A stretch of DNA of 63,568 nt, counting the filler, from Saprolegnia diclina VS20 (Eukaryota), in the NCBI RefSeq assembly GCF_000281045.1. It is 5 parts of 2 records of this genome, joined end to end, with 100 filler letters (N's around TTAATTAATTAA, not from the genome) between each part and the next. Parts side by side here need not be neighbours in the genome. Positions count along the whole stretch, not along the records: positions 20,104 to 47,051 come from NW_008246079.1; 4 more parts are not named here. One strand, written 5' to 3'. A program made the translations under genes and the position numbers. The notes under the pieces were generated by a model. It worked only from the letters and a program-made list of their open reading frames with translations, was not told the origin of the DNA and did not search any database. Of the stretch, positions 33,229 to 47,051 are shown in pieces; position 1 is the stretch's first letter; each line of letters opens with the position of its first letter.

Positions 33229-36200
33229 ATGGCGTACGCGTACAACTCGGGCGGCCGTGGTCGGGCGCAGGCGATGATGGACGACGACGACGAAGACCTC
33301 TACGAAGGCTTCAACTACTCGATCGATCTCGCGCCGCCTCAGACGGCGTCCATGAACATGCAGATGAACATGCAGCAGCAAGGCTACTTTGGCATGAACA
33401 AGGGCCAGGCCGCCAACATGAACCCGCCGGGCACCGCGTTCCGCGCGCCGCCGTCGCAAATGGGCCGCCAAATGCCCACGGGCCGACTGCAGACAGGACA
33501 GCAAGGCGGCGGCGACGTGGCGCGACCCATGACGTCGGTCTCGGGCGCTGGCTACTCGGTACGCCCCTCTCTGTCCACTGTAGCGTCACGCATCATGGTG
33601 GAGTAGTCGAATCCTAAGACGGCCGCGGGCCAGCGCATGTTTGATCCGCTGGGCGAAGCGCGCAAGTCGCCGGCGCCACCGCTCGCCGAGAAGGCCGAGA
33701 ATTCGCCGAAAGAGACGGCGCGCGAGCTCGAGAAAGCCGTCAACACGTACATTGAGCAGAGCGCCGAGGCGAGCGTCAAGCACGAGTACGAAGAGGCGCT
33801 GCGGTTGGCCAAAGAGGCCGGCAAGAAGGAGCGCATGTTCACCAAGCACTGCGAGACGCACGGGCTCACTGACATGACCAACATCGACTTGACGTACGCG
33901 GTGTTCTTCAACCTCGCAAACGCATACCACCTCAACGGCATGTGGAAAGAAGCCATCCAGAGCTATACACCGATCGTCAAGAACAAGCAGTACCCCCAAG
34001 GCGGCCGGCTCCGCGTCAACATGGTTTTTTCATTTAAAAATGCGACATGTCTCATCGTCCTCGTTGAATAGGGCAATATTTACTACGAGCAGCAGCAATA
34101 CCCGACCGCGATTCGCATGTACCGCATGGCGCTCGACCAGATCCCGAGCACGAGCAAGGAAATTCGATACAATATCAAAAAAAACATTGGCTCGGCGCAG
34201 ATCAAGCTCGGCCACTACCAGGACGCAGCGACGACGTTCGAGGACATCATGGAGGGCAACCCCGAGTTCCAGTCGGGCTTTAACCTCATCATTTGCTACT
34301 ACGCAATCGGCGAGCACGAAAAAATGCGCAAGGGCTTCCAGAACCTCATCGGCATCCCCATGGAAGGTACTTGCCACATTGAGGTTGGGGTTACGGAGGA
34401 CCGTAGGTGTCGGCGACGAAGACCTCGAGGAAGACGAAGGCAAAGACGGCGAGCTCAAGTCGCCGTCGTCGGCGGTGCATTTAAAAAAGGACGGGTCGGT
34501 GATGCGTTGTGGACATAGTTTGTCCAAAATAGCTGACAGTGTGCGGTAGACTCAAGGCCGAGATCCGTGCGCGCCAAAAGAAGGCGACCGAGTACATCTT
34601 GACAGCTGCAAAGCTGTGCGCACCCGCGCTTGACAAGAAGGACTGGCTCGCGGGCTATAACTGGGTCATTGACGCCATGAAGCAAGACCACGAGCCGATT
34701 GCAAGCGAAATGTGAGCACTATTGTCTCATAGTTTCTGGAATTGATGGGGATTAGGGAAATTTGCAAGGCGCTGCATTTTTTAAAAAACAAGGACTTCGA
34801 CAAGGCCATCGAGGTGCTCAAAGCGTTCGAGAAGAAGGACCCGGCGTTGAAAGCGATGGCAGCCACCAATTTAAGTTTTCTCTACTTTGTCGAAGGCGAC
34901 TACAACCAAGCCGACAAGTATAATCGCACACTATTTACGGTCGTGACAACCCGATTCTCGTAGGTTTGCATCGCTCGCCGTGCGCCACCAACGCTACAAC
35001 GCCAAGGCGTTGGTCAACAAGGGTAGTATCAACTTGATACAATCGGATTGAAATGGATTTTTCACAGGCAACTGCCTCTACGTCAAGAACGAGTGCGAGC
35101 GCGCCAAGGAGTTGTACCTCGAAGCTATCGGTGTCGAAGCCGACTGCATCGAAGCCATCTTCAACCTCGGGTCTCTTTCCGCGCAATTTCCATGGCACAA
35201 GAGACTAACATATTCTTGTAGACTCGTCAACATCAAGATTGGTGTCCTCAACGAAGCGCTCCAGGCTTTTGAGAAGCTCCATAGCATCGTCTCGACCAAC
35301 ACCGAGGTCTTATTGTTTCAACTTGATACAAACGGGATGCCAACGTGACGCAAATAGGTCATCTATCAGATTGCCAATCTCAACGACATGATGGGCAACT
35401 ACCGTCAAGCCGTCAAGTGGTTTGTCTTGTTTGTGTCCAATATTGTCGATATACAGTTTTATCATGGTAGGTTCAACATTTTACTATCGTGCTTTGGCTC
35501 GTCCAAGTGTGTCGCGGACCCTGGAGTCTTGGCTCGCCTCGGGCAGATTCACAACAAGGACGACGACGAGACCCAAGCATTCCACTTCCACCTCGAGTCG
35601 TACCGTCATTTCCCCGTCAACCTTGACGTTATCTCGTGGCTCGGCGTCCGTATTGTCGTCTCTGGCCTCTCGTCTGACTCAGATCTAGGTCTGGTACGTC
35701 AAGAGCGAGTTGTACGAGAAGGCGATCCAGTTTTTCGAACGCGCGTCTCAGATCCAGCCGTCCGAGGTCCGCGTCTTGTCGAAATACCCCAGTTGTGTGC
35801 GACTCGGTGTAGGTCAAGTGGCGACTCATGGTCACGAGTTGCCATCGGCGCATGGGTGCATACCAGAAAGCGCTCATTTTGTACGAGCAAATCCACCACG
35901 ACTACCCGGAAAACCTCGAGTGCCTCCGGTACCTCGTGGCGATCTGCAAGGACCTCGGACAAAAGTACGACCACCACCAGCAAGCACTCGCCAAGCTCGA
36001 ACGCGGTATGAAAGCCCTTCTTTTATCTCATTTTTTACAAAATTCGAGTAGAAAATGCAGCCAAGGTGAATGCGCAAACGAACGCGACCAACTCCAACAG
36101 CGGTGGTGCTATGACACGGGGTAGACTCGCCGTCGCTTCTCTTGGAGCTTATCCGAGCGTAGCGGCCGAGGACCAACGTGGGTCCAGTCGCGGAAGTGCC

Positions 36201-36660
36201 CGCAGCAGCTCACGGATGGAGGCCAACAACCAACACCAAGATGGTCGGTGGAAAATGCAAAGAAGAGGATGCCACGCGTTACGTTCGTAGGAAGCATCTA
36301 TGGCCAACAGCAGCACGAGTACCAGCACCAGTCGAGCAGCCACGATCTGTCGCCACCGGAGAACAACCGCATGGCCGAGGTACGACCGATGCTTCTTTGC
36401 GCTCGGCCGCGATGGAACTAGGCCGAATCCGAGTCCGAGTACGCTGTGCCCAAGCCCATGTATCGCAGTACGCTCCGTATTTTCTTGTGTATTTTCTGAC
36501 AACTCTTGGGTAGACACCGAGAGCGCGGGGTCCAAGGCCACCAAAGGCGCAGACGGTATATCGAATCCAACCTGAACTGGCATGACATTTCATTGCAGAG
36601 TCGGACGAGTGGGGCGACGCCGACGTGGGCAACCTCTTGAGCGACAAGGTGGGTTCGTAG
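33229..36660 (+). CDS. IFT88: Intraflagellar transport protein 88 (TPR), multi-exon
   Basis: DDEDLYEGFN, ARPMTSVSGAGYS, FDPLG, LAKEAGKKER, NIDLTYAVFFNLA, GRLRVNM/GNIYY, RMYRMALDQIP, DDDETQAFHFHLESYRHFP, YPENLECLRYLV; ends DEWGDADVGNLL. Confidence 0.95.
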
Positions 36661-36733
36661 CCAGAACCTCGTGCTCTCCTTCTATGCCAACAATATACGA
36701 TACATACACGATAAGAACATCGCATTGACAAGC

Positions 36734-39700
36734 TTATGCTGGTCCAACGGCCAAGACGAGTACGCCGAGAAGTGCGAGCAGCGGGAACGAAAGATGCAGA
36801 CTCGTCGCGAGGGCAAACGGCATCATGAACGAGCAGTCGTCGCCCATGTAGGGAAAATACGCCAGCGTCTTGTTGTACGGTTCGTAGAGCAACGCGCAGT
36901 AGCAGGACCCGTTGACGCAGACGCCGTTCGGGTACGAGCAGTTGTTCAAACACACTTGCTCGTCGCAGTACTTGCCGAGCCAGCCCGGATCGCAGAGACA
37001 GCGCGAGTTGGGAAATTCGACGCTGCAGTAGCCGTGCCCCGAGCAGTTGCGACCGCAGTTCCGTATCGAGCAGTCTTGCTACAAACAGCGTGATCCTCCT
37101 CGTCACATGACAATATTGTACCCCAATGAAGGGCGGACGACAAATGCACTGTCCAAACCCGTCACAGATGCTAAAGTATACCAGTAGTTGAAGCGAAAGC
37201 CGGAAGAAAGGTACCCGTTCGAGTAGTGGACGTTATCGGCCGTGCACGGTAGCTTCTCAATGCCTGGCACATACGTGTCATTGTCCGTGTGCTCAAAGCC
37301 TAAACGTCAAGCATGAGCGAATGAGATGACGAGAGTCGAGACACCAGAGAAGCAGCAATGAGTGCAGGACGTGACCTGAGTCGTTTGGTCGAAATCGCAG
37401 ACCGTGCCCGGACAAGACCTAGTACAAAATATGAGCTGGTATAGATAGACAGGAATGTCATGCGTACGAGTTGGAGCAGTCGGTGCCATAGTACCCTTCG
37501 TTGCAGATGCAGCGCCCGTACGAACAGGCGCCGTGGAGCGAGCAGTTTTTGATGCAGTTGGTCAAGCTACATGCTCATGAAGAAGCCATGCTGGAGCGAG
37601 CGCAAACCTGTACGACCAATAGTCCCCGTACGTGTAGGCCGGCGTCGTGGTATTGCGCGCGTAGAGCTCATCGCGACTCACACCTAATGTACATTTTGAT
37701 GGCTACACCGAGTCGATCAACGCCAACCATAGCCGCCGTAGAGCAGCATCAACTCGTAACCCTAACCCCGCGTTTCAAAGACGCACATGTCGTGGGGACA
37801 ACGGACCTTGTGGAAGACTGCCATGTGGGCTGCGCGCTGGGACGGCCGAGACCATTGCAGATCCCACGGCAAGTCGGTGCTAGCACACGTATTGAGAATG
37901 CTCTCTTGAGTCGACGATGGCGATCGTACCGGTTGTCGGCGCGGTCGCGACAGCCGTCCCAGCCCGGTGCCTGGCGTCGTGCCTGCGGGTACAAGGCACC
38001 TATATACGACGTGTTTGCTATATATTCTAATGCTATAGCGAAGAGACTTATACTTTGGGGGTTGACGACGAGACAGCGCTCGGGATCTGCCATCACAGAA
38101 AACTTTGTCGTGCCGTAGTGTAGCTGCTTGGCCCATAGCAAGGGCGGCGTCGCGTTGTACGACGCATTGTCGGGCACGTACGGTCTAAAAATGCCCTAAA
38201 AAAGAAGACAACTATGTACACATGCGTACCGATACGTGCCGCTGAACGCATCGGCCCGCGCCGCCAAGTCGTCCGTGCAGTTGAGTGGGTACAGCGCGTG
38301 GACAAAAGCAGTTTGCTGCAGCCATTGATTTCCGGCTACGCGTCCATGAGCTGCAAGGAGCGCACAAGTTCGCACTCGAGTTGAAGTGCCACGTGTCTTC
38401 GTAGTAGTAGTTGGAGAGGTACCCGCCAAACAGCACAAACACTGCGCCCGCCGCAATCTATTTCAACGTATCGACAACAAAGACTTGTAAATTCGCCTAC
38501 CATGGTATGTTCGGTGCGCGGACCTGGCTTGACGTTGAAGAGCGGAGTGATTTCGGTCCACCGTCCAGTCGTTAGGTCGTAGACCCATAGATCGTCGAGG
38601 TAGTAGGGGTTGCTTGGAAACGGCGTATAGCCTACACGACTATTTGTGCAAGGTCCCAACAAGATATAGAAACACTCGAAAAAAACACTAATTCGAGCGC
38701 GTACCTGGCCCCGAGCCGGAGAACGTGGCGCGACCGGCGCCGGCGCCGCTTGTGATGGGATACGGGAAGAATGTTTGATACCCGCCGTGAATGTAGCTGC
38801 AGAAGCAAAGTATGAGCAACTAGTGCGGGAGGAGGTCGGCGCTACAGTTGGTTGTTGTAGAGGAGCGAGGCGTGTCCGGCGCGGGGCGGCGGCCACGTCA
38901 GTGTACATATCGTTGCCTACAATAGGCAATTTTGTTTACCGTCCTTGCATGTATACATGTATAGTGTACAGCGTTGACTTCGGGCACACAAGTGGCTTCC
39001 GGTTGCAGCTGGGACCACGTCAGCGACGCTAGGCCATTGTTTTGACACGTATTCCAACAGGCTGCGATACCAAAATTGAATTGCCACAAGTCGGCAAGGT
39101 ACCCGCCCTCGGGGTAGATCGTATGGTCCGACCAGCGGTTGGCGCGACTAGACGCATATCCATAGATACAAAAAGCATGAACACGATTCTACCTGTTTTG
39201 GGGCGCAAAGCCGTGCCAAATGCGATAGCCGCCAAAGATGTACATGTTGGTGCCGTCACCGGACGACGAAAACTTCCAGCGCTTCCCAGGCCCTTGGACC
39301 GAGTAGGTCCCAAGCGCCGCCATTTCGGTCCACGTATTGTCTTCAAAGTTGAAGCGCCTACATTTGCCATGTAGCAATAGACCAAGTGTCAACGAAGAAT
39401 GCCTACCACATGTCATCGCAGTAGTCGGTGCACAGTTGTCCGTACCCGCCATAGATAAACATGTGGTCTTGGTACACCTCGGCCTTGTGAAACCTACAGC
39501 ATCGTGTAGCAGCGTAGCGCAAGCGAGGTGTCGACCATCGTTCCGCTGGGTGCGAGCAAATGAGCGCGCCGTAGACCATGTGACAGCCTAGAGCGAACGT
39601 GCTGGCGACGATCACGGGAGCAGTGGATCGAACCTCCCCACGGTTGGCCTTGGTGCAGCTGCGTCCACGATTTGTCGCGGCAGCTCTCGTCGGCGTACCG

Positions 39701-40241
39701 CGTGCAGTCTAAGATTCGTTAGCAAGTCTCGAAACGTAGTGTTTAATCGCACTGATGTCGTAGGACCAGACGTCGTTGTAATAGCTGCCAATCGGGACGG
39801 TGCACGTGCTGTCCGTGCACGTCGAGAGCACTACGCGATGCGCATTAGCAATGTAAGAAGACTATCCACGCACCTGGCTCGTCCGTGTAAGTAGAAAACT
39901 GGATCTGGCCTTGCACTTGGGTAATGTCATATGTCTTGGGCACATGTGGCGTCTGCGCATCTGGTGGTAAAGGTGTCATTTATGGTCGAACCCACAGTCG
40001 TGTCGTCGGCGCGGCCGCCAAACACCACAGCGCGGGTCCTGTCATCGTGTTATAACTACGCAAAAGACACGGCGGCGTACTTGTAGAGCGCAAGCGAGTG
40101 CCCGCGGCGAGGCCCGGGGCCAGGGCCAACCCAGCTCCACTGCTTCCACGCCTCGACTGCTACGCGACTCGTGAAGAGGCCATTGGCCGACAGCGGCGTA
40201 CCATTGCAGAGAGCAAGGACCAGGATGAACGCATGCCGCAT
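36734..40241 (-). CDS. Secreted/surface Kelch-repeat + EGF-like protein, many short exons
   Basis: Signal peptide MRHAFILVLALC; Kelch motifs GPRRGHSL, VVFGGR, MFIYGGY...DDMW, MYIFGGY, GPRTEHTM/FVLFGGY...EDTWHF; tenascin-type EGF repeats NCSLHGAC...CICNEGYYGTDCS and NCSGHGYC...CLCDPGWLGKYC; hydrophobic C-terminus. Confidence 0.8.
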
Positions 40242-40627
40242 GCCGTCCTTGCTAGACAGGCGCCGCTTCAAGATTTGCAAGATCGAGACACATAGCGCAC
40301 GTATGGTATACTCTACACGAGTGATAACGTTCGGATCCCAGCACTCGTACGGCACGAGGCGAGGGCAGAGGAGGCGAGGGCAGAGGTAAGAACCGAAGGA
40401 AGAACGTGGACAACTGAAGCTACTGGGTGCGAGACTAAGCAACCCTATTTGCCGTTGGGTTTTGCTGCCGACACGAAATTACGTGAGCGCATTTTGCAGG
40501 CTTTCTAAACCCAAGAAATTGAGACAATATGTGTTCCCTATTGAAATCCAACATTGTCGATCGTTTCACATGTATATTTCGTTTAGAGGCACATGCAGAG
40601 TGAAAATGCCGACGCTTCAAAGGCCAT

Positions 40628-43600
40628 CTATCTCTTTTGGTGGTTGACAAAGCGCATCGCGACGAGGCCCAACACGCGGAAGACGATAATGCAGCCGATG
40701 AGCACGAGCATGTTGGTCCAGCGATCGTCGTAGCTCATGCCGTACATGGTCTCGACGTACTGCTTGAGCGTCACGGGCGTCTTTTGCCCGTGGAAGCGCG
40801 TCGCCAAGAACGATGGCGGGATACCACTAAGAGGCTGGCACCCGAGGTCGGCGTCACCCGGCGCATCACACTTTGCAAACACGGTCGTCACGAGCAGCGT
40901 GAGCCCGTATTTCGGTGGAACAATCGTGTTGAGCCAACGCAGCCCGGCCGGAATCTGCGACGTCGGCGGGTTGAAGCCCATGAAGAGGAAGAAGATCGAG
41001 TTGAGGAGGCCGCCAATGACACTCGCCACCTCGATCGACGGCAGCGCGCACGCCAACAATTGGCCAAAGTAGACTTGCATGAGCACGTACAAGAAGAGGT
41101 AGACAGCAAACCAGATGGCTTGCTCCGCGCCGGTAAAGCCGACAAATGGATAAAAAATGGTCACAAAGACGCTGACCGACACCAGGACGTACGGGATTTC
41201 AACGACAGTGGAGCCAATAAAGTACCAGAACGCGTTGTACGTCTGGCACGCTCGCTCGCGGTAATACGAGTTGCGCTCGGCAATGAAGAGCGGCAACACG
41301 CCGTTGAAGCCCATGATGCCGATGAAGAGCGTGGCCAAGAAGACGATGCCGACGCCGGCGTTGAGCCCGTTGAAAGTCGTGTACTTGGCATCGACAAAGA
41401 CAATGCCGAACAGCAGCGCGAGAAAAATGTTGACTTGGACGCTCGAGAGCGTGTACGACGGCGTGCGCCAGTAGAGACGCGCAAAGCGCAGCAGCACAAA
41501 TCGCATCTGAACGAGCGGCAGCGCCGCCCGCTTGCGTCGAAATACCATTTCCTGACGCGTCTCGTCATTCTCGGCGTCGAGGAGCACTGTCAGCGACTGT
41601 TTGACCAGACTATCGTGGAAGATAGCCGCAAAGTCTTTGGGCTGCTCGGTTGCCGAGGCCGTGCCGGCGCCAATGATCTCGAGCATCCACGTCGCCGGGT
41701 TGTGCCCGGGTTGGATCGCGGGCGTCCCTGGAATCGCCTCGAGGTACTCGATGAGGTGCGCGCTGCCAGTGCCAAGCGGACCAAAGTAGACAGTGTGCCC
41801 ACCGCGCTTGAGCAAGAGAAGCTGGTCAAACATCTCAAACACCTCAGACGACGGCTGGTGGATCGTGCACACGACCGTGCGGCCCGACTTGGCGATCTGC
41901 GTGAGACCCTTCATGATGCGCAAGGCCGCCCGCGCATCAAGACCCGACGTCGGCTCGTCCAAGAAGAGGATACTGGCGTTCGAAGCAAGCTCGACACCAA
42001 TCGTCAGGCCTACAAGGTCAAGTTAGCACCCGCAATAGATGCGATAGAGATAGAACGTACGCTTCATCTGCTCGACAGACGACCCGCGGACGATCGTGTC
42101 GGCCAAGCCGTGCATGTCCAGCAAGGTCAGACACTCCTCGACGGACGCCATCTTGTCAGCATCCGAGACGTCGCTGGACTGGCGCAGAAACGCGCTAAAC
42201 TCGAGTGCTTCACGGAAGGTGGCCGACTCGCAGTGCTGATCGGTCTGCTCGCAGTAGCCCGTGACGCGGCTGATAGACAGTTTTGTCGCTGGAAAGCCGT
42301 TGAGATTGATGCGACCTTGGATCGTGCCGCCCGTCTTACGGCCAGCAATGACGTCCATCAAGGTCGTTTTGCCAGCGCCGGACGAGCCCATGAGGGCCGT
42401 GATGGACCCCGGGCGGGCGATACCAGAGACACCGTGGAGAAGGTGCTTGTCTTCACCGTTCTTGTCAGGTACCGAGTACCACACGTCTTGAAACGTCAGC
42501 GTGACGGGGGTGACGCGGGGGGGTGGCGGCGCAACATCGATCGCGGAGGACGGACCCGGCGAGTCGGGCATTTCGACGTAGCCCGACTCTTCGTCCTGCT
42601 GCGCTTGCTCCTCTTCGGCGACGACGTTGGTGCCCTCAGGGCTTTCGTAGCGCTTGAACTCGAGGAAGAAGAACGAGAGCACCATAAAGCCGAAGTACGC
42701 GCCCGCCATGTAGATGAAGCCATACACGATCCATATCCGGTTGGCCGAAAAGCCGTAGAGACTGAGCTGGTACGTGCCCATGTTCATGCCCGTGGTTTTG
42801 CAATAGTCGATGCCGTCAAAGATGCATGTCTGATACGCGCTGTTGGCGTACTGGTTGACCGAGAGGAGGCGGAAACACCATGCGAGCGGGTTGATCCAGT
42901 AGATCCAAATGAGGTAGTCGGGGATGTTGGGCTTCACAATCATAAAGCCGGCAAAGAGCACGTAAAAGAGGATCGAGAGAAACGTCATGGGCTGCGCCAT
43001 GAGCAGGTTCGGGGCCGCCGACGACACGAAGAAGAACCACGACGCGAACGTGAGGTTCGCGAGCACGAGCGCGCAGAGGAAGACGATGAACGCCGATATG
43101 TCGTTGACAAAGCCCGTCATCCAGTAGACGAGCGACCCAAAGACGACCGACTCACCGATCGCAAAGGGCATTTGCGCCAGCGACGTTGAGAGCACGTACG
43201 ACGCCGTGCGGTAAAAGTTGGCGCCGCGCTGCTTGTAAAAGATGGCACGAGACGCAAAGAATGTGTTGACTTGCGACGCTTGGCCAATGGCCACAAACAT
43301 GATGGCCGAAAAGATCATGCCGACAACGACTTGGGCGATCGTCACGTCCATTTGGTAGAAAGTACAGCCGTAGAGCACCCCCATGATGAGCACCATCATG
43401 AAGCGACCCTTCAAGAACGCCGTGTTGCGGACCATGAGCATCATCTGGCGCTTCACGACGGTGCCCGTGCTCGCACAAAACGACTGGCGGAATTTCGGGA
43501 ACGGGCGCTCGTAAAAGTTGCCGTCCGTGGGTCCGTTGACGTATGTGACCATGTCTTGGTAGATGGGCGACCGGCGAAAGCTCGACGCGTACTCGTGCGC

Positions 43601-44822
43601 CGTGCGCGGCACATTGGCCGACGACCCTGTCTGGTACATGCGCTGCTGGTCCGTGCTACGACCGTTACATGAGACAATTCTGCTGGGTAACGTGGCATGA
43701 CATACCCCAGATCCAAGAGAAAGTCGGCAATGTCGCGCCGCGGTGGGCAGTGGAACCCGAGGCCCTCAAAGTATGCGAGTACTTTGGTTCGAGGGCCATG
43801 GTACATGACGTGGCCTTCGTTGAGCACAAGGACGTCGTCAAATAGGTCAAACACCTCGGGTGGCGGCTGCAAGAGCGAGATGACGACGGTCTTGCGCATT
43901 GTATGCGCCAACGTGCGGCTCGCTTTGACGATATCGTACGTCGCCGCCGAGTCGAGACCGGTGCTGATCTCATCCATGAGATCGACGAGCTTCATGCCAA
44001 ACTTCATCTCGCCGGTCGTCACGCGCTTGCGCTCGCCACCCGAGACACCTCGAAGCATTTGGTCGCCGACAATCGTCTTGGCGACATGACTTAGCCCAAG
44101 TGTCTTGAGCACGAGCTTGGGAAAGTTGGTGATGAACGCTTGGACAGTCTCTTTGGCTCGCTCGTTGTCTTCGGCCGTCCCTACATAGCCCCGTGAGCAA
44201 TGCGAAACGCTATTGTTTATGGGAGCGTACCCTTGTGGAAGCTATCCATGAGCTCGCGTGGAAGGGTTTTTGCGCCGCAGCACTCATGCGCAAACTCGAG
44301 CGTTTCTTCGACTGTCATTGTCGCGTAGTGAAAGTCGCGCTGCCCGACGTACCCGACAATCTGCGGTAGCACAGGGAGCAGGTCCGCCCGCGGCCGGCCA
44401 TTGTACGTAATCGTGCCGTCGACGTGCACGTTCTTGGCCACCGGAAAGCGACCCGAGAGGATCTTCATGAGCGACGATTTGCCCGAGCTCGGCTGACCGA
44501 GGACAAGTGTGATCGTGCCCGGGCGAAACGCGCCGGTCATGGGCTTGAGAACCTCCTTGTGGATGACGTGCTTCTTCTGGAACGTTACCATGCCTTTCAA
44601 GGTCGTCCACACACTTGGGATTTCTTGCGAGTTCTTGGCATTCACCGTCACGTCGGCCGTGATGGCGAGGCCTTGGAACCGAATCTCCATCTGCGCCAGG
44701 TTTTGCCCGAGCGCTGCTTGAATGATCTGCGCGGCCTTGGCATGGTGCTCCTCGGACGAGTCGTATATCCAGTCCGTGTCACTGACAGCGCTTGTACGCG
44801 CAGAGGTGTCGGGCGTCGTCAT
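40628..44822 (-). CDS. Full-size ABCG (PDR-type) transporter
   Basis: NBD1 GQPSSGKSS / VSGGERKRV / MDEISTGLD, TMD1, NBD2 GSSGAGKTT / SSVEQMKR / LDEPTSGLD / CTIHQPS, TMD2; three short introns near 44200, 43680 and 42030. Confidence 0.95.
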
Positions 44823-46518
44823 CGTCTCGCTGCTCGCGATCTTGTCACGCCTCGGCCAATTCAAATGTGATCGTCGACGGCACCATAGCCTTCGAGGTGT
44901 CGTACGATTGGTCGATACCATATCTTTGCAAATTGTTCGAATTTATCGTCCGCGTCCACAACTTGTACCAGCAGTATGGTTAGCGCAATATTGCGGTACA
45001 TGCAAGGCGCGCAAGGCAAGGTAAGGGCGTGCGAGGTGTTGCGGTCCTCGCAAGTACAGTGTCGGGAGTGCACCACGAGAGACACGAGCGCCTATTTTTT
45101 CAAAATTGTTCGAGGACTTGGATTGTTCGACGCATCGAAGAATCCAAGTTGACCAATCCCGTCGGAGCAGTTGTATTCTTCTATTCGAGATTCGAGAATG
45201 GTCGGAGCATTTCGCTTTATAAACACGCACGCCGACCATTGTACGATGAACGCAACGAGTCTCTCGCGCGTCGCTAAATCGTAGATTATTTGTGTCCGCC
45301 CTTCAGAGAACCCTCAATTGGTGCCCATCTCTTTCGACCGGCTTGGTGCACACGATACCTTGCGCCTTACATAAGTCTGCGCCGATTGCAATATAAGAGT
45401 GTTGATGTACCGCCAAGGGCAAAGGACTACGCCATTTCTTGTTAATGTCCAGCAATTTGACGCGCAACATATAGAAGCAAGCAAACAACCAGGAAGATCG
45501 TGCCTCGAGGGTGTGCTGTCTGTCCTTGTCCATCATGAAAGCGAAAGATCGCCATGTGTTCCGCCGGTGCAGAAACCAAGTCTCCGCATCCGGTTACAGC
45601 GTGCCATCCGGACAGGAGAGGCAGCAGCTGCTGTGCAACGCGGAGGCACAAGTCCTCGACCAAGCGTTGCGGTGGTGTCACACTTGCTATGGAGAAGGAT
45701 TTTTGAATATCAATCGTCGGGCTCGTTGGAACGAATCATATCAGTGGTGAATTCAAAGGGTATCGCTGTTTACNNNNNNNNNNNNNNNNNNNNNNNNNNN
45801 NNNNNNNNNNNNNNNNNNNNNNNNNNNNNNNNNNNNNNNNNNNNNNNNNNNNNNNNNNNNNNNNNNNNNNNNNNNNNNNNNNNNNNNNNNNNNNNNNNNN
45901 NNNNNNNNNNNNNNNNNNNNNNNNNNNNNNNNNNNNNNNNNNNNNNNNNNNNNNNNNNNNNNNNNNNNNNNNNNNNNNNNNNNNNNNNNNNNNNNNNNNN
46001 NNNNNNNNNNNNNNNNNNNNNNNNNNNNNNNNNNNNNNNNNNNNNNNNNNNNNNNNNNNNNNNNNNNNNNNNNNNNNNNNNNNNNNNNNNNNNNNNNNNN
46101 NNNNNNNNNNNNNNNNNNNNNNNNNNNNNNNNNNNNNNNNNNNNNNNNNNNNNNNNNNNNNNNNNNNNNNNNNNNNNNNNNNNNNNNNNNNNNNNNNNNN
46201 NNNNNNNNNNNNNNNNNNNNNNNNNNNNNNNNNNNNNNNNNNNNNNNNNNNNNNNNNNNNNNNNNNNNNNNNNNNNNNNNNNNNNNNNNNNNNNNNNNNN
46301 NNNNNNNNNNNNNNNNNNNNNNNNNNNNNNNNNNNNNNNNNNNNNNNNNNNNNNNNNNNNNNNNNNNNNNNNNNNNNNNNNNNNNNNNNNNNNNNNNNNN
46401 NNNNNNNNNNNNNNNNNNNNNNNNNNNNNNNNNNNNNNNNNNNNNNNNNNNNNNNNNNNNNNNNNNNNNNNNNNNNNNNNNNNNNNNNNNNNNNNNNNNN
46501 NNNNNNNNNNNNNNNNNN

Positions 46519-46671
46519 TCGACTGTGACCATGAAGGAGTATGTCGAGGTCACGTTCGAGATGGAGTATGGCGACAACACCCGCAATGTGCTCGTGCTCC
46601 TGGGCTTTGTCTTACTCTTCCGTCTCCTCGGTCTTCTCGCGATGCGCTATGTCAACCACCAAACGCGCTAA
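46519..46671 (+). CDS. 3' end of a second PDR-type ABCG paralog (rest hidden in gap or deleted)
   Basis: STVTMKEYVEVTFEMEYGDNTRNVLVLLGFVLLFRLLGLLAMRYVNHQTR* aligns with the C-terminus of the neighbouring ABCG (VTLKQYVETMYGMSY...FRVLGLVAMRFVNHQKR). Confidence 0.85.
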   Translation, partial: STVTMKEYVEVTFEMEYGDNTRNVLVLLGFVLLFRLLGLLAMRYVNHQTR

Positions 46672-47016
46672 AGCCGATCAGCTTGCTTTTATATTGCATG
46701 TTTACCTTTGAGCCAAATACATGTCCATTCCCGACGAAAATCTCATTTTGATCTTATTCGGTTCTCATTTTATCTTATTTCGATCTTACTTTAAACTTAT
46801 TTCGCAGCGAAGTGGACGTCGGTTCCATCCAAACGACAATGCAGCATGCAATCAACTACAATATCGTACTCGCTAGAATGGTTAAGGCAAAGTGCATATC
46901 CTACTCCAACGTGGTCCTGCTGTGATAACACCCTTGTCCCGTGCGGTGCGTCATGACTCCAGCTCATCATGCGCACGATCTCTCCTCATTGGTGCCTTTG
47001 AGTGCCTCTATCCAAG

Positions 47017-47051
47017 GTGACCTACAACGGCAAGCCGCGCGAAGAAATGCT
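47017..47051 (+). pseudogene. Short ABCG NBD1 fragment at contig end
   Basis: VTYNGKPREEML resembles ITYNGRPRADLL of the intact ABCG; no upstream coding continuation is visible; only 35 nt before the gap. Confidence 0.45.

Noticed and set aside
40637..43189. 850-aa plus-strand ORF, and similar long antisense ORFs such as 2035..3489, 9157..10479 and 59529..60617
   Set aside because: Shadow ORFs opposite real genes caused by high third-position GC; Arg/Val-rich with no motifs.
46740..46803. Degenerate 11-bp AT-rich repeats (ATCTTATTTCG-like)
   Set aside because: Low-complexity sequence in a 3' UTR region; no evidence of function.
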